64,000 bases of DNA from positions 75,434 to 139,433 of the forward strand of contig CBEVQY010000002.1 of assembly GCA_965552135.1 (NCBI GenBank), read 5' to 3'. Shown piece by piece: positions 9,675-19,632 of the stretch. The stretch is from an uncultured bacterium. Its GTDB lineage: Bacteria; UBP14; UBA6098; B30-G16. A model generated the notes under the pieces. It saw nothing but the letters and a program-made list of their open reading frames with translations, was not told where the DNA came from and ran no database searches. The stretch's first letter is position 1, and each line of letters opens with the position of its first letter. The translations under genes and the position numbers were made by a program.

Positions 9675-10952
9675 TCACATCCGCTCGATTATCGCCGTGG
9701 CAAACTCAGACGTCCTTATGGGCTCCACGCCCTCCATCTGGCGCGCGAGGTCGTAGGTGACCTTCTTGTCCTGGATGGCGCGCTCAAGACCCTTCTCGAT
9801 CAGGTCGGCGGCTTCGTTCCAGCCGATGTAGCGGAGCATCATAACGCCCGAGAGGGTGAGGGAGCCCGGATTGACCTTATCCATGCCACGGTATTTCGGC
9901 GCCGTTCCGTGGGTAGCCTCGAAGAGGGCGATGTAGTCGCCGATGTTTGCGCCGGGCGCCATCCCCAGGCCGCCAACCTGCGCGGCAGCAGCATCGGACA
10001 TATAATCGCCGTTTAGGTTCGGCATCGCCAGAACATCGTACTCGGCAGGGCGAAGCAGAAGCTGCTGGAACATCTGGTCGGCGATCCTGTCCTTGATGAC
10101 GATCCTTCCGCCGGGGTCTCCCGGAGGTCTTCCGCCGCGAAGGTGGGCAAAGGCGCCCTCCTTGTGATAGGGCGTAACGCCGTCCTCGCCCTTCACCATA
10201 TCCCAAAGCTCGTCCTCAGTTATCACGTAATCCCTGAACTCCTCAAGCGCCACCTCGTAGCCCCAGTTCTTGAAGGCACCCTCGGTGAACTTCATTATGT
10301 TGCCTTTGTGGACGAGGGTGACGCTTTTGCGGTTGTTCTCGATGGCGTACTTTATCGCCTTGCGGACGAGTCGCTTCGTGCCGGTCTCGGAGATGGGCTT
10401 TATCCCTATCCCCGAGTCGGGGCGGATCTTTTTGCCGAACTCCTTGTCGATAAACTCGATTATCTTTTTTGCCTCGGGCGAGCCCATTTCCCACTCGATG
10501 CCGGCGTAAACGTCCTCGGTGTTTTCGCGGAAGACGACGACGTCCAGAAGCTCGGGGTGCTTCATCGGCGATGGAACGCCCTTGTACCACTTCACGGGTC
10601 GCACGCAGGCGTAGAGGTCGAGGACCTGGCGGAGCGTGACGTTTAGGCTCCTGTACCCACCGCCCACGGGCGTCGTGAGCGGACCCTTGATGGCGACGAT
10701 GTGCTCCCTTATCGCGTCTATAGTCTCCTGCGGAAGCCACTCGCCCTTCACCTTCTTCGCCTTTTCGCCGGCGTAGATCTCGAGCCAGTGGATCTTACGC
10801 TTGCCCCCGTAAGCCTTCTCCACTGCAGCGTTCCATATGCGCATCGAGGCGCTCATTATGTCGGGACCGATCCCATCGCCCTCGATGAACGGGATAATCG
10901 GCTCGTCGGGAACGACAAGCTTCCCATCTACGACCTTGATCTTCTCCGCCAT
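9675..10952 (-). CDS. icd: Isocitrate dehydrogenase, NADP-dependent homodimeric type
   Basis: [57 protein letters not shown] (NADP determinants). Confidence 0.96.
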   Translation of the reverse strand: MAEKIKVVDGKLVVPDEPIIPFIEGDGIGPDIMSASMRIWNAAVEKAYGGKRKIHWLEIYAGEKAKKVKGEWLPQETIDAIREHIVAIKGPLTTPVGGGYRSLNVTLRQVLDLYACVRPVKWYKGVPSPMKHPELLDVVVFRENTEDVYAGIEWEMGSPEAKKIIEFIDKEFGKKIRPDSGIGIKPISETGTKRLVRKAIKYAIENNRKSVTLVHKGNIMKFTEGAFKNWGYEVALEEFRDYVITEDELWDMVKGEDGVTPYHKEGAFAHLRGGRPPGDPGGRIVIKDRIADQMFQQLLLRPAEYDVLAMPNLNGDYMSDAAAAQVGGLGMAPGANIGDYIALFEATHGTAPKYRGMDKVNPGSLTLSGVMMLRYIGWNEAADLIEKGLERAIQDKKVTYDLARQMEGVEPIRTSEFATAIIERM

Positions 10953-10975
10953 ACCCTCCTCCTTTCAGCCTACAC

Positions 10976-11875
10976 TTACTTTGTAAATATGACCTTGGTT
11001 GCAAGCTTTCTTTTGCCATCCGTTGCGGTCGCAATGTACACTCCAGCGCCGAGCCTGACGTCGGGATGCCAGACGTTGCCAAAAACTCTGTCCACAGCGC
11101 GCCCGCCAAGGTCGTAGATAACGACGTCCCAGCCCTCGGGCGCAGCTACAACGCACTCGGAGTTGAAGGGGTTCGGGAAAACGCGCAGAAGCAGATGCTG
11201 ATCAGGCGTCCTCATCTCATCAACCTTCGTCACCGAGTAGCTTATAAGCTCACTTTGCGTTTCGGTGCCCGTGAACGCATCGGTCGCGTGGTATTTTGCC
11301 ACCCCGACCTCAGGCGCAAGCCAATGGGTTATCGGCGGCACAGCTCCGCTGTCGGAGTAAATCACCATACCGCCCATCGAGACCTCTATTATATACCAAC
11401 CGGACATCACGAGTCTGAGGCAGCTGGCAAACTCTCCCGCGGGCACGACAACATCCTCGAACCCATCGGCGCGCCCGGTAAGCTCAACGCGCAGCCAGTA
11501 CGTATAACCCTCCTCATCCCAGGTCGAGTCCATCGTCATGGCGGGCCACTCGTCGCCTACCTCGAAGATCGTCGGCATAAACTTCACAGGAGGCGAGGAA
11601 GTTTGCACCACGTAGTACCCGTCGTCGCGGATCTGGAAGTAGGTGGTGTCGAGGTCGCCTGCCGTGTAGGAGCTATCGACGGAGATGTAGGCGACGAAAC
11701 CGTCCATCGTCGTAACATCAACGATCTTGCTCAGGATTGTATCGATCTCGCCCTCGGAGGAGTCGCGCATAACCCACCTGTTCCCAACGGCGAGTGGCAT
11801 GTAGGTGCTTGCATCAAGCGCCCAAAGCGACGATGCAGCAAAGATCAAAACGAGCGCAACCCCAAAGCCGCGCAT
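10976..11875 (-). CDS. Secreted protein with T9SS type-A-like C-terminal sorting domain
   Basis: Signal peptide; YMPLAVGNRW / VVVPAGEF / WLAPEVGV beta-domain; C-terminal FPNPFN...IYDLGGR...GVYI...KVIFTK. Confidence 0.75.
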   Translation of the reverse strand: MRGFGVALVLIFAASSLWALDASTYMPLAVGNRWVMRDSSEGEIDTILSKIVDVTTMDGFVAYISVDSSYTAGDLDTTYFQIRDDGYYVVQTSSPPVKFMPTIFEVGDEWPAMTMDSTWDEEGYTYWLRVELTGRADGFEDVVVPAGEFASCLRLVMSGWYIIEVSMGGMVIYSDSGAVPPITHWLAPEVGVAKYHATDAFTGTETQSELISYSVTKVDEMRTPDQHLLLRVFPNPFNSECVVAAPEGWDVVIYDLGGRAVDRVFGNVWHPDVRLGAGVYIATATDGKRKLATKVIFTK

Positions 11876-11895
11876 GGCAAAAACCCCCTTTTGAC

Positions 11896-12393
11896 TCACA
11901 AGGCGAAATCGCCGTGCTTTTTTATGTGCTCCTCTATCCCGCCGTCCTCGATGATCTTAAGCATAACGGGCGGCATGGGCGTAGCCTTGACCTCGAAGCC
12001 TTTGGTCAAGTTCTTGATGACGCCCTTTTCGAGGTCGATCTCGACCTCATCGCCGGCGTCGAAGCGGTCGGTGTCGACCTCCAGGACGGGCAGACCGACG
12101 TTTATGGCGTTGCGGTAAAAGATTCTGGCGAACGACTTCGCGAGGATGCACGCAACCCCGGCAAGCTTTATTATCCTTGGCGCGTGTTCGCGCGATGAGC
12201 CAAGCCCAAAGTTCTTGCCCGCAACGATTATGTCGCCGGGCTTCACCTTCTTGGCAAACTCGGGGTCGGCGTCCTCGAGAACGTGCTTGGCAAGCTCGGG
12301 CAGGTTCGTCCGAAGGTGAAAATACCTGCCCGGCGCAATGTGATCGGTGGAGATGTTGTCGCCGAACTTGTGGACCCTGCCGCGCAAAACCAT
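11896..12393 (-). CDS. leuD: Aconitase-family small subunit (LeuD/HacB/DmdB type)
   Basis: [41 protein letters not shown]. Confidence 0.85.
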   Translation of the reverse strand: MVLRGRVHKFGDNISTDHIAPGRYFHLRTNLPELAKHVLEDADPEFAKKVKPGDIIVAGKNFGLGSSREHAPRIIKLAGVACILAKSFARIFYRNAINVGLPVLEVDTDRFDAGDEVEIDLEKGVIKNLTKGFEVKATPMPPVMLKIIEDGGIEEHIKKHGDFAL

Positions 12394-12485
12394 CGAATAC
12401 CCCCTTGCTGAAAACCTCCATCAAATTTAAAGGAGCTTGTCCTCGCTGGCAACACAAATCAAAAGACGAACAGAGGCAACCCGCA

Positions 12486-13050
12486 CTATCGCCCCTTAAG
12501 CCCCTCAAGCTCCTTCCGGAGCCTCCTGTTCTCCTCCTCGAGCCTCTCGACACGCTCCAGAAGCTCCTTTATCGCCGCTGTGTTTATCGCAGTCATGTGG
12601 TCGTAGTTGAGGGCGTAGTGATCCGTCTTCCTCACAAGCTCAGGCAGAACCTGCTCCACCTCCTGCGCAATGAAACCGTAGTCGTATCTGCCCCTTACGG
12701 CGTGGTCGAGGTCCTTTGCGTCGGAATTCGGGTGGTTGTCGCTGCCGCAGACTATGCCGCTGAAGTCGCAGTCGGCGCCCATATCGTTATCCCCGTCGAT
12801 GAAACTATGAAGGGCACCAGACGGAAAACGTTGTTTTCCTTCACCAATTGCGCTACCGCAGCGCGCACCGTGCAGACCGCGCTAAAGTTGGGCATTCCTC
12901 GCCTCACCGCAACCTGTCCCCTCCCAATGAACCTTCACCCACAAGACGTCGCCGAGCGTAACATCACAACGCCCCTCGCTGTTGAGCGTCACCAGGTGCG
13001 CCTCATCCCAGATGTTGTCGCACTTGTTGCGTCGTCATATAGAATAAAAA
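12486..13050 (-). pseudogene. Decayed gene for a secreted protein with C-terminal peptidase S74 / intramolecular chaperone domain
   Basis: Intact 3' part YGFIAQEVEQVLPELV...LNYDHM...AIKEL plus coiled coil (12486-12782); upstream frameshifted remnant FILYDDATS / DNIWDEAHLVTLNSEGRCDVTLG, with stops and no start or signal peptide. Confidence 0.65.
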
Positions 13051-13059
13051 CGCCTGGAC

Positions 13060-14319
13060 TCAGAGGAAGCGCCTGGGGTCAACTATCTTTCCTGCGATAG
13101 CCGATGCGGCAGCCGTTGCGGGGGAGCCCAGGAAGATGAACCCCTCGGGGTTGCCCATTCTGCCGTGGAAGTTTCTGTTTTGGGTCGACAGGCACTTTTC
13201 GCCGTCGGCGAGGACGCCTTCGTGAACGCCGACGCAGGGACCGCACCCGGGTGCCAGAACGGCGCCGCCAGCCTCGACGAATATCTCCAAAAGCCCCTCG
13301 CGCAGCGCCTGCAGGAAAACCTCGCGCGAGGCTGGAACAACGATGAGTCTGACGTCGGGATGAACGTGCTTGCCCTTGAGGATCTGCGCGGCAACGCGAA
13401 GATCGGATATCCTGCCGTTGGTGCAGGTGCCGATGAAAACCTGGTCGATCCTTATGTCCTCCTCCTCCGCCTCGCGCGCGGTCTTCGTGTTGTCGACGGT
13501 GTGGGGGAAGGAGACAGTGGGCTCGATCTTAGAGAGGTCGAACTCGTAGGTCTTCTCGAAGTAGGCGTCGGGGTCGGATTCTATCTTGCGGAACTTATCG
13601 CCCCGGCCTCGGGACTCGAGGTAGGCTTTGGTCACCTCGTCGGTGGGGAAAAGTCCCGTTTTGCCGCCCGCCTCTATCGCCATGTTGGCGATGGTGAAGC
13701 GCGATTCTATATCGAGCGCCTCTGCTCCGTCGCCCACAAACTCCATCGCCTTGTACGTCGCTCCGTCGGCGCCTATCGTGCCTATGATGTGGAGGATGAC
13801 GTCCTTGGCGAAGACCCCATCGGGAAGCTTTCCCTTAAGGACGAACCTGTGCGTCTGGGGGACTCTGAACCACGTTTTTCCCAGCGCGAAAGCGAGGGCG
13901 ACGTCGGTGGATCCCATCCCCGTGGCGAAGGCTCCCAGCGCGCCCGAGGTGCATGTGTGCGAATCGGCGCCGACAACGATCTCGCCGGGATTTACGTAGC
14001 TTTCCACAAGCCTCTGGTGGCACACGCCATCGCCCACGTCCGAGACGACCGCACCCGTCTTTTTGGCGAACTCGCGCAGCATCTTGTGGGCGTTGGAAAG
14101 CTCCTTGCGCGGGCTGGGAGCTGCGTGGTCGATGAAGAGAATCTTCCTTTCGGGATCAACGACCTTAACGAGGTTCATCTTCTCAAGCTCCTGGACCGAA
14201 AGCGGTCCTGTCCCGTCCTGGACCATTGCGACGTCGACAGGCGCAACAACGAGCTCGTCGGCGCTGACATCACGACCAAGATGCTCCGAAAAGATCTTCT
14301 CCGAAATCGTCTTCCCCAT
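13060..14319 (-). CDS. leuC: Aconitase-family large subunit (LeuC/HacA/DmdA type)
   Basis: MGKTISEKI, DH, GADSHTCT, IGTCTNGR, CGPCVG (three Fe-S Cys), STQNRNF.GRMG; GGAGAGGAG RBS. Confidence 0.88.
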   Translation of the reverse strand: MGKTISEKIFSEHLGRDVSADELVVAPVDVAMVQDGTGPLSVQELEKMNLVKVVDPERKILFIDHAAPSPRKELSNAHKMLREFAKKTGAVVSDVGDGVCHQRLVESYVNPGEIVVGADSHTCTSGALGAFATGMGSTDVALAFALGKTWFRVPQTHRFVLKGKLPDGVFAKDVILHIIGTIGADGATYKAMEFVGDGAEALDIESRFTIANMAIEAGGKTGLFPTDEVTKAYLESRGRGDKFRKIESDPDAYFEKTYEFDLSKIEPTVSFPHTVDNTKTAREAEEEDIRIDQVFIGTCTNGRISDLRVAAQILKGKHVHPDVRLIVVPASREVFLQALREGLLEIFVEAGGAVLAPGCGPCVGVHEGVLADGEKCLSTQNRNFHGRMGNPEGFIFLGSPATAAASAIAGKIVDPRRFL

Positions 14320-14400
14320 AGCTCCTCTCCTTGCTTTGACCACCCAATTTCGAAAGCTAACCGCCTATGCCCCTGGGCGCAAGGCGTTTGATGTCAGGTC

Positions 14401-15891
14401 CTATCGCACGACACAAAGCCTTTTGCGCACAAAGCGCCCCCTTCTGGTCACAAGCTCTGCGACGTAGAGCCCTGTGGGCAGGTCACCAAGCTTTACGCGC
14501 AACTCGCCCAAAACGGGTCGCCTTACGACCTCGCGACCGAGTATGTCGTAGATCCTCGCTGTTCCGGCGGGCGCCCTGAAGACGACCTGCTCGCCCGTCG
14601 CGAAAAGCCCCGGCGCACCCCCCAGATCACCGCCATCGGAAACCCCGGCAAGCTCGAAGGGCGCGTCCAAAACGGTGTTGTGCCCTGGCTCGATCACGAC
14701 GTCGGAAAAGACAAGCTCGAGGGTATCGTAGCTTACGCGCACGGTGTACTCCCCGGGCTCGAGGAAGCGATGGTAGATCCCCTGGAAGCTGCAGGTTCGC
14801 GGGGGGAAAGTTGTGTCGGTCACGCCCTCCACGACGACCACAGCGGGCAGCGGCTCGCCGGTTCCTGCATCGTAGGCGCGAACCAAAAGACCCTTCTCGA
14901 ACATCCTGTCGAACACGTAGAAGATGCCCCTGCCAACCCTCGCGGCTATCGTGTCGATCGTATCGCCGTGCCAAAAGCACTTGTTCGTTATCTCCATAAG
15001 GATCGCGCAGCAGCCGGTGTACCAGTAGGCCCACGTTTGCAGCTTGGGCTTTGTGTTGTATGCGGCGCGGCATTCGTAGTGCTCGCCCGCAACCTCCGTC
15101 TCGGTGTTGTCGGCAAGATCCCAGGCAACCAGGGCATAGTGGGGGTAACCCTCACCGTGGTACGATCCTGCATCGACGTCCCACCAGCAGAACCAAAGCT
15201 TGTTGCCGCCCATAGAGTCGGGCGAGTGGAGATCGAGGACAACGGAGGGTCTGTAGTAGTCTATAAGGTCCCTAAGGACGACAGCCTCCTGCTCCGACCA
15301 GGGGTATGGTCCCTTGTAGTTTTCGCTTTGGGGGTCGGTGACGTCGTATTCGTCCCATCTGAACTCGTAGTTTCTGTTCGGGTCGACGCCGTCGTAGAGG
15401 GTGTCGAAGACGCCGTTTCCGTTGTTGTCGCGCTTGTTTTTGCGCCAATGGATGGTGTGCTGAGGTCCTTCGGTCATCACAACCTGCCTGCCCTCGGGGT
15501 TGTCGACGGGGATGAGCCATATCTGCAGCGAATCGAGCCACTTCGTCACCCTCTCATCCACGCCGTAGTGGGATGTGAGGTACCGCAGCAGCCACATCAC
15601 GACCTCGGTTCCCGCGGGCTCCCTTGCGTGCTGACCGCCAACCAAAAGTACGCACGGCTCGGGCTCGTCGAGCGACGCGTTGTCGGAAAGCCTCACTCCC
15701 ACGATGGGAAGGCTATCCTGCGTGCTCTGTCCCAGGGTCTCGACATGGCATATCGACGGGAACTCGTCCGCCAGCTCGCCCACTTCGCTTAGGACTTCGT
15801 CGTAGGTGTGGTATCGCGGGTCGACCTCGGGTGGCTGCGCCAAAACCGCCGAAAACAAAAGCACACCAACCACACCAAAAAGGCGGACCAT
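14401..15891 (-). CDS. Secreted M14 zinc carboxypeptidase with beta-sandwich and T9SS-like C-terminal domain
   Basis: Signal peptide; HARE, WRKN, GVDPNRNY, DLHS, MEI; C-terminal IYDILGR...LPTGLYV. Confidence 0.88.
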   Translation of the reverse strand: MVRLFGVVGVLLFSAVLAQPPEVDPRYHTYDEVLSEVGELADEFPSICHVETLGQSTQDSLPIVGVRLSDNASLDEPEPCVLLVGGQHAREPAGTEVVMWLLRYLTSHYGVDERVTKWLDSLQIWLIPVDNPEGRQVVMTEGPQHTIHWRKNKRDNNGNGVFDTLYDGVDPNRNYEFRWDEYDVTDPQSENYKGPYPWSEQEAVVLRDLIDYYRPSVVLDLHSPDSMGGNKLWFCWWDVDAGSYHGEGYPHYALVAWDLADNTETEVAGEHYECRAAYNTKPKLQTWAYWYTGCCAILMEITNKCFWHGDTIDTIAARVGRGIFYVFDRMFEKGLLVRAYDAGTGEPLPAVVVVEGVTDTTFPPRTCSFQGIYHRFLEPGEYTVRVSYDTLELVFSDVVIEPGHNTVLDAPFELAGVSDGGDLGGAPGLFATGEQVVFRAPAGTARIYDILGREVVRRPVLGELRVKLGDLPTGLYVAELVTRRGRFVRKRLCVVR

Positions 15892-15902
15892 CCCAAAGCC
15901 CC

Positions 15903-16403
15903 CTATTTGCCGAACCTTGCGCCGAAAAGCAACGAAAACCCGAAGTTGGTTATGCTGTAGCCGCTTGCGGAGGCGATGGCAAGGGCTATTTGCATCTCTG
16001 CGTAGGGTCTTATGGGCATCTCCCGCAAAAGCACTTCGACTCCTCCGCCCAGGTCGAATCCGAAAGAGGTTGTGCCCGACCCCGCGCCTATCCTCACTCC
16101 GCCAGCCACAAACGGCTTGATGCTCTGAACGCGCCGCATGAAGTAGACGAGATCAAAGGCAGAGCCCGTTCCGAGCAGGAAAGAAGTCGAGCTTCCCGCA
16201 TAAAGGTTCATCAGGCTTGCACGGGCATAAAGCGAGCGGTAGACCGGGACCATCCCCTCAAAAGTCATTGTAAACCCGACCTCCGAGTCGCTGGAGCCGT
16301 CGATGCTTGTGGTCATAAGCTGCATTCCGACCCCGCCTCCGGCGACAAGCCCGCCGCAAAACGCCGCAGACACCAAAAGAAGCACAGACAAAAAAGCCCT
16401 CAT
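15903..16403 (-). CDS. Small outer-membrane beta-barrel protein
   Basis: Signal peptide, about 8 amphipathic strands (IKPFVAGGV, FGFDLGGGVE), C-terminal FGARF. Confidence 0.7.
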   Translation of the reverse strand: MRAFLSVLLLVSAAFCGGLVAGGGVGMQLMTTSIDGSSDSEVGFTMTFEGMVPVYRSLYARASLMNLYAGSSTSFLLGTGSAFDLVYFMRRVQSIKPFVAGGVRIGAGSGTTSFGFDLGGGVEVLLREMPIRPYAEMQIALAIASASGYSITNFGFSLLFGARFGK

Positions 16404-16469
16404 AACGCTACCCCCAAGCTTTCGGGACTACCTAACGTTAAAAATTTGGCAGCTGTGGCGCAACCCTTT

Positions 16470-17627
16470 TTAGATAACCTCGACGACTTCGCCGTCGCGC
16501 ACGTAAACTCGCCTGACGCGCTCCGATATGCCGGTGAGGATTTCGTAGTTTATCGTATGAGCCCACCTTGCGTGGTCGTCGGCGGTAATGCGTTCGGTGC
16601 CCTGCCTGCCTATTATGACGACCTCGTCGTCGAGCTCGACCTCCTCGTCGACCTCGACCATCGTGGTGTCCATGCACACCCTGCCCAGTATCGGTCGCTT
16701 TTTCCCCCTGATGAGCACTTCGCCGCGGTTGGAGAGCGCTCTCCTGAGCCCATCGCCGTAGCCGGCGCGGATCACCGCAACGCATGTGGAGCGACGGGTC
16801 ACATACGTCCTGCCGTAGCTTATGGACGTCCCCGGCCCGAACCTGCGCAGCTGAACGACACGGGTGCGAAGCGAAAGCACAGGCTCCACCGAAATGCTGC
16901 GACGAACCTCCTGCGACGGGTAAAGTCCATACGCCAATATCCCAGGGCGAACGCAGTTGCCGTATATCGGATGTGCCAGGATACCCGCGGAGTTGGATAT
17001 GTGCACAAGTGGGATATCGATTCCGCCCCTTTTGAGTGTTTCGACGACCTGTGCGAAGCGTCGAAGCTGCATCCTCGTGAACTCCACGTCGGAGGGGTCG
17101 GTGCTGTCGGCGACGGGGAAGTGCGAGAAGACCCCCTCGATCTTCACGTTCGGCAGGCGCGCCATAGCCGCTATCTCGCCAACGGCGTCGTACCACGGAA
17201 AGCCGGTTCTCCCCATACCAGTGTCGACCTCAACGTGGACCCTGACGACCTTGCCCGCCTTCTTCGCCTCAAGCGACAAAGCCTCCACAAGCGGTCTTGA
17301 GACGGCGTTTGGCGAAAGGTCGTGATACACCACAGAGGGCACCTGCTCGAGCGTTGGCGGCGTGAGGACTATTATCTCCCCCTCGATTCCCGCGTCGCGC
17401 AGCTGAACGCCCTCCACGAGGGTGGCGACGCCAAAGCGCTTCACGCCGTGCCGCTGCGCCTCGCGACAGATCGGAACAACACCGTGACCGTAAGCGTTGG
17501 CTTTTACGGCAAGTATGATCTCCCTGCCGCCGCACCAGCGGCGAATCGCCTCGAGGTTCCTGCCGAAAGCGGAAAGATCAACCTCGCAGAAGGTCTCGAG
17601 GTAATGTCCGCGTGGGTCGCGCATCAC
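16470..17627 (-). CDS. alr: Alanine racemase
   Basis: AVKANAYGHG PLP-Lys, DTGMGR.G, SHF, SYG, GYGDG, GRVCMD. Confidence 0.96.
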   Translation of the reverse strand: MMRDPRGHYLETFCEVDLSAFGRNLEAIRRWCGGREIILAVKANAYGHGVVPICREAQRHGVKRFGVATLVEGVQLRDAGIEGEIIVLTPPTLEQVPSVVYHDLSPNAVSRPLVEALSLEAKKAGKVVRVHVEVDTGMGRTGFPWYDAVGEIAAMARLPNVKIEGVFSHFPVADSTDPSDVEFTRMQLRRFAQVVETLKRGGIDIPLVHISNSAGILAHPIYGNCVRPGILAYGLYPSQEVRRSISVEPVLSLRTRVVQLRRFGPGTSISYGRTYVTRRSTCVAVIRAGYGDGLRRALSNRGEVLIRGKKRPILGRVCMDTTMVEVDEEVELDDEVVIIGRQGTERITADDHARWAHTINYEILTGISERVRRVYVRDGEVVEVI

Positions 17628-17734
17628 AAAAATTTAAGGCAACACAAAGCCTTCGAAAACGTTTTGTTGCAAAACCGATTTGCCACAAAAACACAACAAG
17701 CTATATTTGAACCAAACAAAGCGGGAGGTGAACG

Positions 17735-18355
17735 GTGAAGCTTGTGTGGCTGGGGCATGCGGCGTTTCTGCTGCAGGGAAAGAAAAACGTATACATCGAC
17801 CCCTACAACCTGGTGGGTGATCTGCCAAAGGCGGACGTGGTCCTCATCACACATCCCCACTTCGACCACTGTTCGCCCGATGACGTCGCCAAGATTTCGT
17901 CTGAGCGCACTGTGGCGGTTGCGCCCCGGGGCTGCTCGGTAAATCTTCAGACCACCTTCGTGCAGCCCGGCGACGAGCTTGTCTTCGATGAAGTCGTGGT
18001 GAAGGCTGTGCCTGCGTACAACGTCGGAAAAAACTTCCACACGAAGGCGAACAACTGGGTCGGCTACATAGTCCGGATGGGCGGGATAAGTGTGTATCAC
18101 GCGGGTGATACCGACGTCATCCCCGAGATGGACGGTCTTTCGGTGGACGTTGCGCTCCTTCCGGTCGGTGGAACGTACACGATGGACTGGTCCGAGGCTC
18201 TCAGAGCGGTCGAGATGATAAAGCCCAAGGTCGCGGTTCCCATGCACTACGGCAGCGTGGCAGGAAGCACCACCGACGCACTCAACTTCTGCAACAAGTG
18301 CCCCACAGAGTGCAAGGTCCTCGAGCAGAACCGCCCCTGGGAGATCGAGCTTTAG
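17735..18355 (+). CDS. MBL-fold metallo-hydrolase (UPF0173-like)
   Basis: WLGHA, THPHFDH, YHAGDT, PVGG.YTM, PMHYG; GGGAGG RBS and GTG start. Confidence 0.88.
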   Translation: MKLVWLGHAAFLLQGKKNVYIDPYNLVGDLPKADVVLITHPHFDHCSPDDVAKISSERTVAVAPRGCSVNLQTTFVQPGDELVFDEVVVKAVPAYNVGKNFHTKANNWVGYIVRMGGISVYHAGDTDVIPEMDGLSVDVALLPVGGTYTMDWSEALRAVEMIKPKVAVPMHYGSVAGSTTDALNFCNKCPTECKVLEQNRPWEIEL

Positions 18356-18358
18356 GTC

Positions 18359-19630
18359 ATGCGGGGGATTTTGGCGAAAACGCTTCTTCTGGCGCTTTGG
18401 TGTGGGCTTGCGCATTCCGCACAGCTTTGCCCCACCCTCTCAGTCGGCGCAGGGCTGACCGAAAGCGCCCAAAAGCACATCTGGACGCTCCAGCTGCTCT
18501 GCCCCGTAGGTCGGGGGATCGCGGTCGGAGCGAAGATTTCGCTCCAAAGCCAGAAGGAGCTGGGCGCATACGCGCTCTGCGCCCCGCAACCGTTTGGGGG
18601 GAGGAGGGTCAAGCTCCTTTTGCCCGTCTGGTTCGGCGCGAGGGTCCCCATCGGCGGAAGGCTAAGCTCCGCGGACGCGGACCTCGCCCTGGGAGCGCAG
18701 ACCGAGCTCTACCTCACCCCGCAGATCTTCGCCCAGCTCGGCGGCGCCTTCGCGCTGCTGGAGAAGGGATATGAGGTCGGCGTTTCGCTGGGGTATCGCT
18801 TCAACTTCCCCGACGCCGACGGCGACTGGATTTCGGACGGAGACGACAGATGTCCGAACACGCCCCGGGGCGCAAGAGTAGACGACCGCGGCTGCGGCAT
18901 CGACAGCGACGGAGACGGGGTATACGACGGGCTTGACCGCTGCCCCCAAACCCCGCTTGCTGCGCTTGTCGATTCGCTCGGCTGCCCAAGGGACTCCGAC
19001 GGTGACGGTGTATACGACGGCGCCGATAGGTGTCCCGAGACACCCCGCGACATTCCAGTCGACACAACGGGCTGCCCAAAGGACACAGACGGAGACGGCG
19101 TGCCCGACTACGCCGATTCGTGTAGCCAAACGCCCAAAGGCGCCGTGGTGGACCGAGCGGGCTGCCCCATAGACACAGACGAAGACGGCGTGCCCGACGG
19201 AATAGACCAGTGCGACGGCACACCCACGGGCTTCGAGGTCGATAGGTTCGGCTGCCCAAAGGTGCCGATGCTGAACGGCGAAACGGTCCACAACCTGTTC
19301 GACGACGCGCTCGAACTCACCGCATTCGCGCTGAACCACCTGCAGCGCATCGCAAAAAGGATTAGGGCGTATCCCGACAGGAAGACTGTGATAGAAGTTT
19401 ACACCGACACCGAGGGGAGCTTTCAGTACAACCGCAACCGCGCCCGCGCGGTGGGGAGGAAGATAGTCGACTTCCTCGAAAGCCAGGGCGTCGACCCCGA
19501 CTGCGTCGAGATTGTGCCTATGGGCGAAAAGGATCCCGTCGCGCGCGGCTGGTCGGCGCAGGCAAAGCGCAAAAACAGAAGAGCCGTATTCTACATGCGC
19601 AAGCCCGAAGCACAAAAAGCGGGGGGATAA
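18359..19630 (+). CDS. OmpA-family protein: N-terminal barrel-like region, thrombospondin type 3 Ca-binding repeats, OmpA-like C-terminal domain
   Basis: Signal peptide; five DxDxDG(V)xDxxDxC repeats; YTD..G...YN....RA...NRR. Confidence 0.85.
   Translation: MRGILAKTLLLALWCGLAHSAQLCPTLSVGAGLTESAQKHIWTLQLLCPVGRGIAVGAKISLQSQKELGAYALCAPQPFGGRRVKLLLPVWFGARVPIGGRLSSADADLALGAQTELYLTPQIFAQLGGAFALLEKGYEVGVSLGYRFNFPDADGDWISDGDDRCPNTPRGARVDDRGCGIDSDGDGVYDGLDRCPQTPLAALVDSLGCPRDSDGDGVYDGADRCPETPRDIPVDTTGCPKDTDGDGVPDYADSCSQTPKGAVVDRAGCPIDTDEDGVPDGIDQCDGTPTGFEVDRFGCPKVPMLNGETVHNLFDDALELTAFALNHLQRIAKRIRAYPDRKTVIEVYTDTEGSFQYNRNRARAVGRKIVDFLESQGVDPDCVEIVPMGEKDPVARGWSAQAKRKNRRAVFYMRKPEAQKAGG
18812..19258 (+). 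repeat. Five ~30-aa (90-bp) TSP3-like intragenic repeats
   Basis: DADGDWISDGDDRCP, DSDGDGVYDGLDRCP, DSDGDGVYDGADRCP, DTDGDGVPDYADSCS, DTDEDGVPDGIDQCD, each followed by TP....VD..GC. Confidence 0.85.
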
Positions 19631-19632
19631 TT

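Noticed and set aside
12486..12782. Prophage suggested by the tail-fibre chaperone domain
   Set aside because: No other phage genes; the remnant looks like a cellular secreted-protein gene
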